From assembly GCF_009914755.1 (NCBI RefSeq), contig NC_060927.1: a stretch of 64,000 nt of DNA. One strand, written 5' to 3'. Of this stretch, positions 1 through 21,053 are shown piece by piece. Made by a program: the position numbers and the translations under genes. Position 1 is the stretch's first letter. Each line of letters starts with the position of its first letter. The DNA comes from the human T2T-CHM13v2.0 reference genome, Homo sapiens. The notes beneath the pieces are model-generated. The model saw only the letters and a program-made list of their open reading frames with translations. It ran no database searches and was not told the DNA's origin.

Positions 1-1959
1 CTATATTGGAAAACATCAAAATCAAAGGCTCTTTTTAAAAAGATTCAAATGAAAGCTGCCAGGCAAGTCTTCATTCCCCAGGTTTCTCGTGAGTACTGCA
101 GTGGCACTACTGATGGCAGAGACTCAGGGCTCTCCTGCTGCCTTTGGTTTTAGAACAGGCACTCAGTGCAATTTTATCCTAACAAACCCCCATAAAAGTG
201 GTTGAAATAGCACTAATCTCAGAATTCTCATGTAACAAAGCATGGAGTAGAAATTCTCACAGTAAGAGGATGGAAAAGTCTATATTGTTGATCAAAAAGA
301 ATCAAACCTTGCTACTCTAAGCAACGAACTTTCCAAGTCACATCCTGTCCCTGTTATTCTTTCCTAAACGTTTTCCCAAATTGTCAATCTTGTTGTCATA
401 TCTTTACACATTGCCCAAGTCAGGAAAATGAAATATCTGATGGAAATACAGGATATGATACAGGATCTTCTCCTTTGAAGGAACCACTGTCCTACTCCAT
501 ATTTGCACCTACCTCCTTCAGAGACAGGTCTCTCAAAACAATAAGCAACAGATATTCAGCTGTTGGCAAGAACTTTCAAATGTTAACATGAAAAATAAAT
601 AAATAAAAAATAAAAACAAGAGAAAATAATTCTCTTACTCCAACAAAACTATTTTTTCTTATGGCCTTAAAGTATGAAGATCTCCACAGGCAGAATTTTC
701 CCACAGCTGGAAGCCATAGTAAATACAGTGATTTCAAACATGAATTTTAGAAGATAGATACAGATTTAAGTTTCAGTTTACTCATTTTTACAATGATACA
801 TGCATCTACCACATAGGGATGAGAGGAATTAATGGGATAATTAAAAGTGCTTAGCAAAATATTGGGTATATAATAAACATTCAATACATGTTAGCTATAT
901 TATCCCAATTTACTTAGCCAATAAATCTTAGGGTCTGTCTCAACGATTTCTTCTTTCCTTTAGTTTTCCCTGACTCTTTCAAGGTCGGGGAACTTACTTC
1001 CTTCCTCCTATGTCTTCCCTGTACCTATACCACCACAGCCCAATGCTTCTGGTAAGAGCTCCTAGAGGGCAAGCTGTCTTCCTCTTGTTTATATCCCTGG
1101 CCTCTGGCATAGTAGAGAGTTTGGCACCCAGTATTCAAACGTCAATGAAAACACCTTCAAAATACCTTCTTTCCCTTACATTCTACATATCATCAATTAA
1201 TGCTACATGATATACCACTGAGGCGATCTTACCCATTCCACTTCTGTTTAGATTCTCTAGCTGTTTTGCTTATTATTATTTTTGTCTGAGACAGGATTTT
1301 GCTCTGTCACCCAGGCTGGAATGCAGTGGCACAATCATAGCTCACTGCAGCTTTGACCTCCCTGGCTCAAGCAATCTCCCACCTCAGCCTCCAGAGTAGC
1401 TGGGACTACAGGCATGCACTACCACCATGTCTGGCTAATTTTTTTATTTTTTGTAGAGACGGGTTCTTACTATGTTGCCAAGGCTGGTCTTGAGCTCCTG
1501 GGCTCAAGCAATCAATCCTCCATTCTTGGCTTCGGAAAGTGCTGGGATTACAGGTATGAGTCTCCACACCCAGCTTTTGCTTATTATTAATAGTATAATA
1601 TACAATTATAGTTTTATTTTTCTCCTTCTAGATTATTTAGGATAAATTCTATCCCTGGGGTTACAGGATTAAAAAAATGTAGCTCCTAGCAATTAGACTT
1701 CTACCCAGTTTGCCCCAATTAACTTTATTACAGGATATGTGCTCCAGTATTATTGCAAAAGAGAATTGCTATTAACTTTAGTACTTTCACTTCTATTTTG
1801 TGGACCTCAGGTTGTCTTGACATTAGCAAGAAATAAAGGAAGCTATAGCAATCTTCCTTGTGTACAGCCAAATCTCACGACTAGTATGCATTTATAAAGG
1901 CAAGCTTTTCACTTAAAGGTAATTAAGAAAATTTATACAAATTTATAACAAACCAACAT

Positions 1960-2145
1960 AGCATGTACTATGTGCCAGACACTGTTTTAAATGGTTTACA
2001 GATACTAACTAATTTAATCCTCATAACAACCCTTTGAGGTAGGTACTAGTATCCCTGTTTTACAGCTAAGGAAACTGAGGCACACCGATGTTAGGTCACA
2101 GCAGGGATTTCAATCCAGCCTTGAGCTAAGGGTCTTGATCACTAT
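1960..2145 (-). mobile_element. MIR SINE
   Basis: TTTAATCCTCATAACAACCCTTTGAGGTAGG...GAAACTGAGGCAC core. Similar MIRs at about 15880-16025 and 31690-31800. Confidence 0.7.
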
Positions 2146-2336
2146 GCTATGGGCCTGTCAAAAAAAACAAAAAAAACAAAAAACAAAACCAAGCAAATAA
2201 ACCATAACTGTACAAAATGATCCCAGGTGTACCTCATAAATGGCTCTTCTCTCTTCCCCAGGGTGAATACCAGATTAAGATAAACAATGACTCAGGGCCA
2301 GGCGTAGTTGCTCACGCCTGTAATCCCAGCATTTTA

Positions 2337-2670
<334 letters not shown>

Positions 2671-3119
2671 CTATATGCTTGGATGTCTAACTTCTCTTCC
2701 TCTCTAGGCTTCCTAAAAAAGCTCACATGGCCAAGCATGCCAGGAAAAAAAAAAAAGTATGTCTATTTGAAGGTAAAAATAAATATTTTCTACCACAGTT
2801 AACATTCCATAAAGTGAGTTATCAACATTCTAAGGTTGAATGGATTAAAAATGGCAATGAACCAAGAGAAAAGACTTAATATATTCAAGCTATAAGGGCT
2901 TACTATACAAAAGCATAAATAATATAACAAGGTAGGGAATCATGAGTCAGTGAATATTGTTGGGACAAATAAATACCAGATTGGGCCAGGTGCACTGGCT
3001 CACACCTGTAATCTCAGCACTGGGAGGCCAAAGTGGGAGGATCGCTTGAGCCCAGGAGTTCAAGACCAGCCTGGGCAACAAAGTGAGAACCCATCTATAT
3101 ACAGCATTTTTTAAAACTA

Positions 3120-3254
<135 letters not shown>

Positions 3255-4360
3255 TCACTCACATCCTACCTACTACCTACCTTCCTACCAACTAACCAGA
3301 TTGGAGATGAATTAATTGATATCCAGGTTTCATATCATACATTAATCCATCTGGAATTAACCTCCCAAAAATTACATTAAAAATGATGACATAAATTATA
3401 TAGCATACTTAGTCCAGCTATGATGGGGGACAGCCTCCATTTACACCCAACAAGCAGAAATGTATCAAAGGGAAGAGAGGTTCAAACATGAAAAGGAAAC
3501 TTTTTTGCGTAAGGAAATTAGCATTAAGAGAAGGGAAGATAAAGCTAAAGAAGTGACCAAGTGGCTGGGCGCGGCGGCTCACACCTACAATCCCAGCACT
3601 CTGGGAGGCTCAAGCGGGCAGATCGCTTGAGCCTAGGAGCTTGAGACCAGCCTGGGCAACATGATGAAACCCCGCCTGTACAAAAAAATACAAAAAAGGG
3701 ACACCGTTAGCCCCAGCTACTCAGGAAGCTGAGGTGGGAGGATCGCTTGAGCCAGGACCATCGGGCTGAAGTGAGCCAAGATCATGCCACTGCACTCCAG
3801 CCTGGGTGACAGAGTGAGACCCTGTCTCTAAATAAATAAATAAATAAATAAAAATAAGAAGTAACCAAGTAGCTAACATAATAATATATTTCGAGTAGTG
3901 GACTTGTACTGAAAAAGTAAAATACAGTATTTTTTCATCCATTCATTCAACTAGTCCTTACTGAGGGCCTACTATGTGCCAGGCACTGTTCTAGATACAG
4001 GAGAGAACACACAGACCCAATGTCACCAATCGAGAAATACAAATTAAATTTAAGATACAACCACATAAGCCTTAAAAGAGATAAAATCTAATATGGAAAA
4101 GAAAATGCAATATGGAAAGGAGAGAAATATAGACAAACATACACGGTCTGAACATTAAACTGATTTTTAATATGCTACCAGCAGGGATTCAGGAGAGCAA
4201 ACTGGTAATATGTAATACTACATACTCTGTGTCTCCATAATTTTACTGCATAAAGGAAAATCTTCCAAAGGAAAAAATCATTAAACCCAACAGCTTACAG
4301 GGATCTAAATGCCTAATACAAAATCAATGGCTAACCTACAGTAGATCAACACTCTAGTTC

Positions 4361-4980
4361 AGCACTGTCCAATAGAAATATAATGCAAGCTGCAAATGTA
4401 AGCCACATAATGTAATTTAAATTTTTCTAGTAGCCACATTTAAAAAGTAAAAAGTAGGCAGTGTACAGTGGCTTATGCCTGTCATCACAACACTTTGGGA
4501 GGCTGAGGTGGGAGGATGGCCTCAGGCCAGGAGTTTGAGACTAGTCTGTGTAACCCTCCAAGACCCCATCACTATAAAAAATTTAAAAGTTAGCCAGGCA
4601 TGGTGGCACGAGATTGTAGTCCTAGCTACTCAGGAGGCTGAGGCAGGAGGATCACAGGAGCCCAGGTGTTTGACGCTGCAGTGAGCCATGGTCATGCCAC
4701 CGCACTACAGTCTGGGTGACAGAGTGAGACTCTGACTCTAAAAATAAAAAGTAAAAGGTAAATTAATTTAAATAATATATTTCATTTAACCCAATGCAAA
4801 GTATTATCTTTTTTAACATATAATCAATGTGAAAAATTATTAGGTATTTTACAAACGAGGTATTTCTTTTTTCGTACTAAGTCTCTGAAATCAGGTATTT
4901 TATGCTTACAGCACATCTCAGTTCAGACTGGCCACAGGTCAAATGCTTAATAGCCACAATAGTACTGTGTCGCACGGTGC
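4361..4980 (+). mobile_element. MER33-like hAT DNA transposon interrupted by an AluJ (about 4457-4755)
   Basis: CAGCACTGTCCAATAGAAATATAATGC...TTTTCTAGTAGCCACATT start; the element resumes after the Alu tail. Confidence 0.7.
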
Positions 4981-4989
4981 AGCCCAGGA

Positions 4990-5175
4990 GTTCACAAGTG
5001 AGGGTGTTTTGCTTGCCCAGAGGACATGTGGCAATATCTGGAAATGTTTGAGGGGTGCTACTAGCTCTAGCAGGTAAAGTCCAGGGATGCTGCTGAACAT
5101 CCTACAATGCACAGGATAGCCCCCACAACAAAGAATTATGTGGCCCAAAATGTCAATCGTACTAAGGTAACCCTA
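4990..5175 (+). mobile_element. MER20 hAT element
   Basis: GGGATGCTGCTGAACATCCTACAATGCACAGGA...GGCCCAAAATGTCAA motif. Confidence 0.7.
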
Positions 5176-5576
5176 GATAGCTGAAGAGCTAACACAGTTA
5201 GTACTGATATAGGCTGACCTAGAGGAATGTATTTTATGAGGCCATTTGTTTTTTGTTATGATGCTTTCAATCCCTTTTACAAGTAACTTTTTAAAGTTTC
5301 CCCTGAAACAAGATGAGGGGACCCATTTCTCTTAAGGAGCACAGCACACTGAAAGGCTGTCAGTGGCCAGACGACCCAGCCACACAGAAAGGCACCCACA
5401 GCAGCTGCTTTGTCTTAAAGGGAAAAATACTGGCAGATCCAGGAGCTGAGAAAAATATCAAACGAGGAAGTATGACTGCCATTTATATCTTCCCCATGAC
5501 TATGTGACTAGGATACTCAGCATTTTTCCTACCAAGGTAATGGCAATGGGGCAGGAGTAAGGTCACAGGGAAGCTA

Positions 5577-5932
<356 letters not shown>

Positions 5933-7459
5933 TCAGATTCTGTCAAGGTTCAAACAAAGATCAGGGAAACACACATTCATAGACACCTCTGGTATGAAAA
6001 ACAGGTAACAATCGATTCATAAGCAGACAGATCTGCTCTTGCAAAAGACGCTTCTGCGGGCGCTAACGCCATCCTCAGGCCTCAGATAATCAGCGCACCT
6101 ATCACACCCCATGGCCACCACTTCTCCAGCTGTCCCATCTCATTTTAACAGGCTGCCAGAGCAAATGCCTGCTGACAGGGCAACCAAGGGCTTTTCCCCT
6201 GCACGGAGGCCTCTGGGACAGATACCAGGGGCCAGAAATCGTTCCCCGTCTGAACAATCCAATCCCTTCCTGGCGGCCGGACAACAGCAGGGTAGCCTGC
6301 CTAATAAGCCTCGGGCTGAGGATTCAACCAAGTTGTTCCTGAAGGCAGAGACTGCAGGTGTCAACTGGCAACAGAGAGGTACCTCGGTTTCCAAGGGGGT
6401 TAAAGGCTGCCTGCTCCTGTCTGGCACACCCCTCAAATAAAGCGGTATCTGGGGCACAATCGGAATCAACAGGCCTCAGATCTCACAACACTGTCTTCCT
6501 CTCCTCTCCTCATTCACAAGACCTTAAGACAAACAAGACAATGGGCGCCTCTTCAAATACATCCTTCTGGCCAAGAAAACCATTTCTACAGATGTCCCAG
6601 GCCCACGCAGCCTTTATGACAAACATCTAGAAAGACAAACTTTTAAGGGGAACTGTTGTGCCACTAGATATACTTCTTAAGGGACTCAGAATATTAGAAA
6701 TTAAATTTAAAAGTGAATTAAAATTCACTTTTAAATTTAAAAAGATCAAAAACTGATGTCCTCCCAAGACCGGCTGACTTCAGGCCTTCCCGCCCTTCCT
6801 AATCTCCAACAAGTTAAAGAAACCTACCAAGCACGTTTCCTCTGCAATTCCCACCACATCCTTACTCCCCAGTGGGTTGTTATCACAACCCTGACCATCT
6901 TAAGCTCTTCCCTTAAGAACTTCCAAATAGTAGCCATTTCAGTCAAGAGGATCAGCAAAATTCTAGAACCCAACCTATATGGGGAAGAAGCAGAATACAA
7001 AAGAAAGAGCTATTATTCCAAGTCAGGGAAGCTGCTAAACTCAGTCCTATCACTCAACAGCTATACTACACTGAGAAAAGAATTAACTTGAGCATCAGCT
7101 CACTTATCTGTAGCTGTGCTATGTTACTCTCAAGCCGATGATCAGCTAGCAATACAATTCACAAACATATCTCCACCACCACAGTAAAACAGGTATTTGT
7201 CTGCAGTTGATAATCTAGCATTACTCCATAATCACCAGGAATTTGAGGGCTTTCAGTTGTTTCATAAGCTAAATTCCAAGGAACTTATTCAAAGTTCCTG
7301 TTATGTTGGGTCTAAGATTAACTTTGTTAATAGCATGGTAAGGTTTCAAAGGATTAAACTGAAAATGAATCACAGGGGTAAAACGGGATTTACAGGAAAC
7401 ACTTGGAGCCATTGAGTGAGGGGAGAGAACAGACTTTATTCCATGAGATCTAGAGATTC

Positions 7460-7630
7460 CCAGCACTGCCTACCTACTAGAATCACCAGAGGAGTTTTAA
7501 AACAATACCAATGTCTGGGTTCTATCCCAGAGACTGATTTAATTGGTCTGGAATAGGACCCCAACACTGGTATTTGTTGAACATTCTTCAAGTGATTTTA
7601 ACATTCAGCCTGGCCTGAAAACCACTGATT
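7460..7630 (+). mobile_element. MER5-family hAT fragment
   Basis: TAGAATCACC...GATTTAATTGGTCTGG...GAAAACCACTG. Confidence 0.55.
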
Positions 7631-9122
7631 TAGAGAGTTGTGAATATTGGTCTTTTGCATTTGACAAAATCCCTTCAACAAGATTTTCAGGCTTTAGCTA
7701 AAAAAAAAAAAAAGGCCAGGTACAGTGGCTCACACCTATTAATCCCAGCACTTTGGGAGGCCCAGGCAGGTGGATCACTTGAGGTCAGGACTCGAGACCA
7801 GCCTGGCCAACATGGTGAAATCCTGTCTCTACTAAAAATGCAAAAATTAGCCAGGCATGGTGGTGCACACCTGTAATCCCAGGTACTTGGGAGACTGAGG
7901 GCAGGAGAATTGCTTGAACCTAGAAGGCAGAGGTTGCAGTGAGCCAAGACCATGCCACTGCACTCCAGCCTGGGTGACAGAGACTCCGTCTCAAAAAAAA
8001 AAAAAAAAAAAAGGCCAAAATATAATTTGTAAATGAAACTTCCTCCAGTGCCTAACACAAAGTGTGTTAAATGCTTAGTACAAGGCTTTCTGGGTTCCAT
8101 CATGTGACCACCACACTGCAGAGCAGACCAGAACTGCTGATCACCGTGAGAAGCAAACACAAAGGTCAGGGGCTGAGTGGTTTGGCTATTTTTCTACTGT
8201 GAGACACAACATTTAAGAAAACTAAGTGACTGCTCAATATCATACCTGCATAATACCAAAGAAAAGTAAACAGAAGGTTGTCAAGTTCACAGGATTCTTA
8301 AAAAAGCCAAACAATTATAAGCATTTATTGTAACCCATTCTGTGTAGTTTATCTCTAAAAGCCTGAGTGTGTCTATTTCCACCACATAAATATAGATTTC
8401 ATAATAACATACAAATCCTTTTTAGCGAGATTTGCTTTTGAAAACATATCCTGAACCCTCAGGTCAGGTACAGCTGTCAGTGTCGTGGCGTCTCCTGGGT
8501 GGTTCCATGCTCTTTTCAGCAGCCCAGCACACTGGGCCAGAGACAGGCAACAGAGCCATCATGCTTCAAAGAGGAGCCAAGTGCTGTATTCTGAGCCACC
8601 GAATTCCAGAAAGAACATCCTTGGGAAGCTCACCCAGCCCCAGCATAGTCTGCCTAGTAAGTGTCTCTCCTGGGCCTCACCTACAGAGAGGTGAGGCTAA
8701 ATGGGGACTGGGCAAGACGGCCTTTGAGGTTCCATCCATCTTTTAAAGTACACATGTCAGTCTTGCTTTCTGCCTCCATGAGCAGGCTTTGGTAAGTGGA
8801 AGTTCTCATCTGATATCTAGTAACAATTGATTCTTTGAACAGCTAATTCATAAAATAATCTTAAATAGTTAAAACATATATAACATCTAATTATCTAAAT
8901 AGGCTAACTCCTTAAAAGGGGGGCAGGGAGGAAAAGGATAAATTTAATTCTGCTCATTAGTGGACTTCAGTGCACCAAATTAACTTCACATTAGTCTGTG
9001 AGTTTAATAATGACAGGTTTAACCATTGCAAAGCCTTCTGGAGTCCCTGTTTCTTTGCGTTGACCTTTTTATTTTTGACTAAAAGAGAGGGAAAAACGGT
9101 AAGACATTAAAAAAAGCATGAA

Positions 9123-9280
9123 CAGGGAGGGGGGAGGGATAGCATTAGGAGATATACCTAATGTAAATGACGAGTTAATGGGTGCAGCCCACCACCATGG
9201 CACACGTATACATATGTAACAAACCTGCACGTTGTGTACATGTACCCTAGAACTTAAAGTATAATAATAACTAAAAAAAA
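9123..9280 (+). mobile_element. Heavily 5'-truncated L1PA 3' end
   Basis: GGGATAGCATTAGGAGATATACCTAATG...AACTTAAAGTATAATAA plus A tail; TSD about AAAGCAT(G/T)AAC. Confidence 0.88.
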
Positions 9281-9839
9281 GAAAGCATTAACGGAAACCC
9301 ACCTAACTGTGGAAACAATATTTCATTGAAAAAGTTTTCATTAACCATTTGTAACTTCCAAGTTATCTTAACCAAATAAAGATTTAGGTACTTAAAAAAA
9401 AAAAAAAACAGGAAGCTAATTCCAACACTTTTCTTCCCCTTTGACAGAAAGTTCCTTTAACTCATGCCAACAGGCTATATTTATTTCCCTTAAGCAGCAC
9501 TTCCTAGGAAAGCCGCGGCAGTCTTGCAGCAAACGGCATAAGAGAGCTGATGATCCCGGCAGCAGCCCAACCTCAAGAGCCCCAGCGAGCTGTCAATGCA
9601 GTTACCAAGCATGAGAGCCACCTGGGCTCCACACCAATCGCACACTGTTGTTATCTCAGCCGGAGATCTCTGGGCTGCTATTGGAGACCAACACCTGGCA
9701 CCAGACCAGATACGGTGTCACACCCAGCAGCGCCTAAGAGACTACTGTGCCTCATAAAGCTTTATGGATGCCTACAGGGAGAGAAGAAAAAAAAAAAAAA
9801 AAAGGCAGGTATTCTTACTTATCTTAACCCTGTCCAGAA

Positions 9840-14920
<5,081 letters not shown>

Positions 14921-15500
14921 GGATCATTGCTGGTGGGAATGTAAAATGGCACAGACACTCTGGGAAAGAGTACTGCAGTTTCTTACAAAACTAAATATGC
15001 ACTTACCATATGACCCAGCAAGCGCAGTCCTGGGCATTAATCCAGAGAAATAAAAGCTTATGTTCACACAAAATCCTGTAACTGAAGGTTCAGAGCACCT
15101 TTATGTATAATTGCCATTAACTGGAAATGACCCATATGTCCTTTAACAAATGAATGGTTAAAGAAGCTATGGTACATCTATAACATGGAATGCTACTCAG
15201 CAATACAAAGGAAAGAACTATTGATGCACACAACAAAATTAGATGGCTATCAAGGGAGTTCAGCTGAGTGAAAAAAGCAATCTCGAAAGGTTATATACTA
15301 TATGATTCAATGTATATAGCATTCTTAAAATGACAAAATTACAGAAATGGAGAAAAGATTAGCAGTTGCCAGAGACTGGGGTTGAGGGGACATGACTGTG
15401 GCTATAAAAGGGTAACGAGAGATCCTTGTGATGGAACCTTTGCATCCTGACTGTGGAAGCGGTCACACAAATTTACACCTTTAAAAAATGCATAGAACAC

Positions 15501-15548
<48 letters not shown>

Positions 15549-16879
15549 TGAGTGCATATAAAACTGGTGAAATCCTAAAGTCAATGGATTGTATCAATGT
15601 CAATCATTATCCTGTTGTGATACTGGACTATAGTTATGCAAGATGTTACCACTGGGGGAAACTGGATGAAGAATATATAGGATCTCTATATTATTTTTTA
15701 TAATTGCATGTAAATCTACAGTTAGCTCAAAATAAAAAGGTTTTTTTTTTTAATCTCATTAACTTCCAATAGTTCCCTAATGCCCACAGTGAAATATTTC
15801 TTAGCATGGCATGCAGAATTTCACCCGACCTATAATCTCTTTACACATCCTATGCCCTGAACAACTAGTTCTAAGAGCTAACATTTATTGAGCACTGGCC
15901 ATGTGCCAGGTACCATTTTAAATATTTTATATGTATTATCTCATTTACTCCTCAGTGATCCCATGAGTCAGGTACTACTGTCAACCCCATTTTATATACA
16001 AATGATGTAAGTAGCTTATCCAAAGTCCCAATATGTCACACGCTCTTTCCATACCTTTGGGTCTGTACTTGTACCGCCTAAAAAGCCTCCCCACCTAATC
16101 ACCCTTTAAGGCCCTGCCCCAATGTTACCTTCTGACTTTTTCCAGACTTAACTGTTACACTAAATGTGTCTAGCACTCAGATGTAATGGATAGATGTTTA
16201 ATCAACATAAGGTCTAGACAAAAGGACATGAGGAAGTTATAAAACTGGCACCACGAGAAGCATTTGACACTGATTACATTAAGCCTGTTTCTCTGAAGTT
16301 AAACCTGAATGGAAAAGCATTCTATAATACACAGTAGGGTACAGAAAAGACTCATTAGCAAGAAAATGTTCATTAATAAAGCAATGGCTTTAACACAACC
16401 AAAGAGGGAAAGGTAGTATCAGGCTAAGGAAAGGCCAGTGTCAGCTGCAAAGTCCATTATCTTTCTCAAATTTTCACATAACAAATACACCAACAAAAAC
16501 CTCAACTTCCTAAACCTAGTCCATTCTGCCTTATTAGGTACTTTTGTAAGAAAAGGTATAATGCTTTTTTTCCTCAGGAAAAAGAATATTTTCTCGAGGT
16601 AAAAACGCATCTTCATTATTTCCCTTGGAGGAAATTAGATTATTATCTAAAGACTGCTTAACTTATGAATTCGCTTGAAAAACATACTGATAATCCCACA
16701 ACTATCTAGAATTGTTCTGAAATCTGAGTCTCTCCAAAGGATTCACATTTTATTTTATTTTTTATTTTTTTGGAGACGGAGTCTCACTCTGTTGCCCAGG
16801 CTGGAGTGCAGTGGCGTGATCTTGGCTCACTGCAACCTCTGCCTCCTGGATTCAAGCAATTCTCCTGCCTCCCTCCTGA

Positions 16880-17074
<195 letters not shown>

Positions 17075-17341
17075 TGACAGAAAGTAGAAGAAAACACCAA
17101 TTTTGTTTAGGTACATGAATGAAGCTTAATTGGCTTTATATTCCCTGTCATTGACCCCATGACCCCCTCCCCCTCAATAAGTTGTCTTCTGTTAAGTATA
17201 GCCTTTTCAGAAGGCACCAACATAGAATAAAAGTGAAAAAGAGGAGAATGCTCAGAACAGACCGGGTGAGAGGGTGACAGCCAGCCTCTCTTCCACTTAT
17301 TGAGTGCTTACTATGGACCAGAGACTTATCAATAACCATAA

Positions 17342-17608
<267 letters not shown>

Positions 17609-17762
17609 TGATCCACCCGCCTCAGCCTCCCAAAGTGCTGGGTTTATAGGCGTGAGCCACCGCGCCCGGCCAAAAAATAAGTTTCTAAATTACCCATTAT
17701 ACGAAAAAAGATGTGTTTTAGTACAACAAGCAGGTAAGAGACTCTTAGGAAAGGAAACTGAC

Positions 17763-17891
17763 CGGTCGAGTTCTCCTGAACTTGGAATCTTCACGGTCTC
17801 TGTGCGTCCCAGAAGTGCTGGTTCTCTCCCTCACACTTCTATACCCAGGACTGGGGATGATATACTCTTTTCCTATGTCGATATCCTTCAT
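17763..17891 (-). CDS. ABCC5: ABCC5 (MRP5) first coding exon (exon 2 spans 17763-17946 including 55 nt of 5'UTR); the gene continues beyond the left edge of the window
   Basis: Translates [43 protein letters not shown], the ABCC5 N-terminus. Acceptor tttcAG|GAATTC at 17948/17946; phase-0 donor CCG|GTCAGT at 17762. Confidence 0.96.
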
Positions 17892-20800
17892 CTTCTCTGA
17901 GTGGAGGTTCCAGGGCTCACAGACTGTTAGTTTCACATCAGAATTCCTGAAATTAAAAATTCATCAAGAAATAGATTATTTCCTAAACAGTACTTAACCA
18001 TAAGCTCAAGTGCCTTAAAAATAGGAAAAAAAAAAAAAAAGGCAAAAGTACTAAAGCTTTCTACTGTTATAGCTACAAAAATTAATTTTCAAAAAAAGTT
18101 CAAAGATTTTGATTTCATTTTTTTAAAGAAAAAGATTCAGTATAAGAGAATCAAGAAAAATTACCTTCTCCCAACTCTAAGGGAAAAAAAATTAGAAACA
18201 GTAAACACACTAGTAAAGAGACACCCATTCTCTTCAACTAAGCTCAAATCCAGTGTATACAATAGAAAGGTTGGTTTTTTTTTTAAAGACTTTCTAGAAA
18301 CAATTTCAGTTTGTCCCAAGTATTAAAAACTCCACAATTTTAAAGTGGACATCATTTCTTCTACTAAATTTTACTAAATAAAAACTTACCAAACACTTAT
18401 TCTACCAATGATATATTCCATCTCTGCCTTTTTATAATTAACTAATGGGTTAGCTGGTGTTATTTTAAAGCTCCATGAAGTTATCCAGTTAAAACAATGT
18501 TATAACTTAACTTCAAACACAAATTCCCTGGGTACTGAAAATGTTCTAAAACTAGATAGTGGTAATGGTTGCACAATGCAGTGAATACATTGAAAAAAAA
18601 CACACTGAATTTATACTTTAAAAGAGTGAATTTCATGTCATATAAATCCTATGGCAACAAAGCTGTTAGTAAAAAACAATAACAAAAACAAATTCTCCAC
18701 CCTGTATTACTAAGTCTTACCTAGTTTTTACCTGAAACTCTATTCTAAACCACTGCTTGCCTGGCTAAGTCTAATCAATATGCTGTATCAACTCAGGTCA
18801 CTTAAAAACAAAAAACACATACATACTTCTCCAAAATGTTTCCCCCCTCTAAGAAGGGTCACAGCCTCCCAGAGACAAGCTGAGAAAACACCTTTCATAC
18901 TAGCCTCCAACGGAAATTAAAGACGTGTAGCCGTGTCGCCTTCTGGATTCCATAAATCCCTGGCTATCGCTGTGACTTAAAACTACTACTTCTGCAGCAC
19001 AAAATTCTAACCATTATAATGCAATTTTTAAAGTGTCAGATAAAAAGAGAACACTTACTAATCCTCTGAATAAAAAGGACTAAATCTCCTATGCAAAGAC
19101 AGGTTTCCAGTCCAAAGAAAGCTTGATTTCTTGCCTTTCAGAATTCTGGTTCAAGTACCCTAAGTTGATATAGCTGTTACTTATCTTTAAAAAAAAAAAA
19201 AAAGTCACCTTGTCCAATGACAAACTACACCATAAAGAACAGCGGCTCACCAAGCCAGAGTGCAGCAATCACGTCATTGAGACCTCATTAAGGCTAAACT
19301 ATAAACAGACCTGGCATCTGCCAGTGTCCCCAGTGTTGAGCTGTAGCTGTAGATCAGAGTAACCTTCTTACGGGAATCACGAAATTCTAACCTTCCCCTT
19401 CAAGGGTTCCCTAGCTTAGCTGATTATCTGGAAGAGGAAAAGATTAGTACTACCTTTTTAAAAGGTGGGGGTTGGGGCGGTGAGCAGTTTGAAACGGAGG
19501 AGGTCACTGGAACTCATCCACAATATGAAATGCCACATCAAGAAGAACACGAACATAATCTTAATTATCTAAGCACCCATGATAACCAAAGATTCTTTCA
19601 ACCACTTTTATTTCAAAGGATGAAGTAGAATCAGTGGAGCACAGGAGCAGAGAGAGGCAGGGACAAAACGACTTCCCTGTTATGACACAAATAATGACTG
19701 TTTTGTGCCTACAGTGACTGCTGTGGTAGACACTGCTAAACTATCCTAAGGGACTAAGTTATTCTATGTATGAAGGGTGTGGGGAACAGTGTTCCATTAT
19801 CTCTAACACACTCATCTCTACTTTCCTGGAAAAAGAGGCACAATCAGGAGAGCAGGCAGGCCCAAAGTAGGCACAAAGTTACTGTCTGTGGCCTTGAACA
19901 TAAGGACACCATCGTCTGTGTATCTGGAACATAAAAGAGGGCACCCCACGTGGAGGCCGGCGAAGAGCTGGGAATCCTGACAGGTTTGGAAAGAAACAAA
20001 GCCCCAGTCTGAAGCAAGCAAGCAAGCAAGGATGGATCCCCAGGCCAGCCATTTTACTGATACTATTTATATTTCCCTATCTTCTCGTGTCCTCCTTTAA
20101 AGTTGTTGGAATATCTTTTTTAAATGCTCACTTGCCTCAGCTATCAAGAGAGGAAGAAAGAGAAGGGATTTTTGTTTGTAAAAAACAAACCTGTTGTCCA
20201 GACATGTACAAGGGTAGAAGCAGAATAATCAACGTGGGAGAACCCCAAAGAAGTGCCCAATAGGGTTGAGGCCACTTAGTCAGCTGCCCTTTTTTACCAA
20301 GATTCTCTTTCCACTGATAAAAGTGTAGACACTCTCCCTGCACAATGATACTGATTCAACTGCATGGCAGGAGGAGAGTTGCACGGGATTACCAGACTGG
20401 TGTGTGCAAGCTGCAGTCATCCCAACACTCATGAGTAGGTTTCCATCACCTCCAGGCCCTCAAGCTGCACGAGGAAGACACCACGCTAAAGGGATACGTA
20501 TTTACCACACCCACTGTAATCCACTTGTTGCGTCTCCAAGCAGCCTCACCTTTCATACACGCTGCGGACCACAGTAAAACCTAGCCATCTCCTCCTCCAA
20601 GACCTCCTGAAACTTTCCCCGTCGTTCCTGTGCCCACCTGCCTCCAGCCTCTCCGTCTGTGCAGAAACCAAATGGCCCCTGTGTGATAAACACAAAGCCA
20701 CCCGCGGCTCTGTGTGGCAGAAGCGAAAAGAGCACTGGATGACCGTGGAGAGATCTGGGCTGCGTTCCCGGCACAGCCACGGCTTTGCTGCGCGTGCTTA

Positions 20801-21035
20801 TGTCACGTACCTCCATTTACCCGCTTGCAAAAACGAAGGGGATGACTTACTTCGAAGGTCGCTGGCGGCTCCGCTGCGGGTTGAGCAGGGTGCCCCGAGC
20901 CACCCGCTGCACAGCCTCCCAGGTGGGCGTTTCTCTCAGACCCGCTTCGCCTGGGATGCCCGGGCCCTAGGGCGTTCCCACAGCCCGCTCCGGCCTGGCC
21001 AGGCGAGCGCGACCCACACCCACGGCCCGCGGGCG

Positions 21036-21053
21036 CAGCGCCCCCTGGCGGCC
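21036..21053 (-). promoter_or_regulatory. CTCF motif in ABCC5 intron 1
   Basis: Minus strand GGCCGCCAGGGGGCGCTG is close to the CTCF core consensus CCASYAGRKGGCRS. Confidence 0.65.

Noticed and set aside
6050-6630. GC-richer unique patch with overlapping 90-109 aa ORFs in ABCC5 intron 2
   Set aside because: No homology I recognise and no convincing splice pair. It may be an enhancer, but that cannot be supported from sequence alone.
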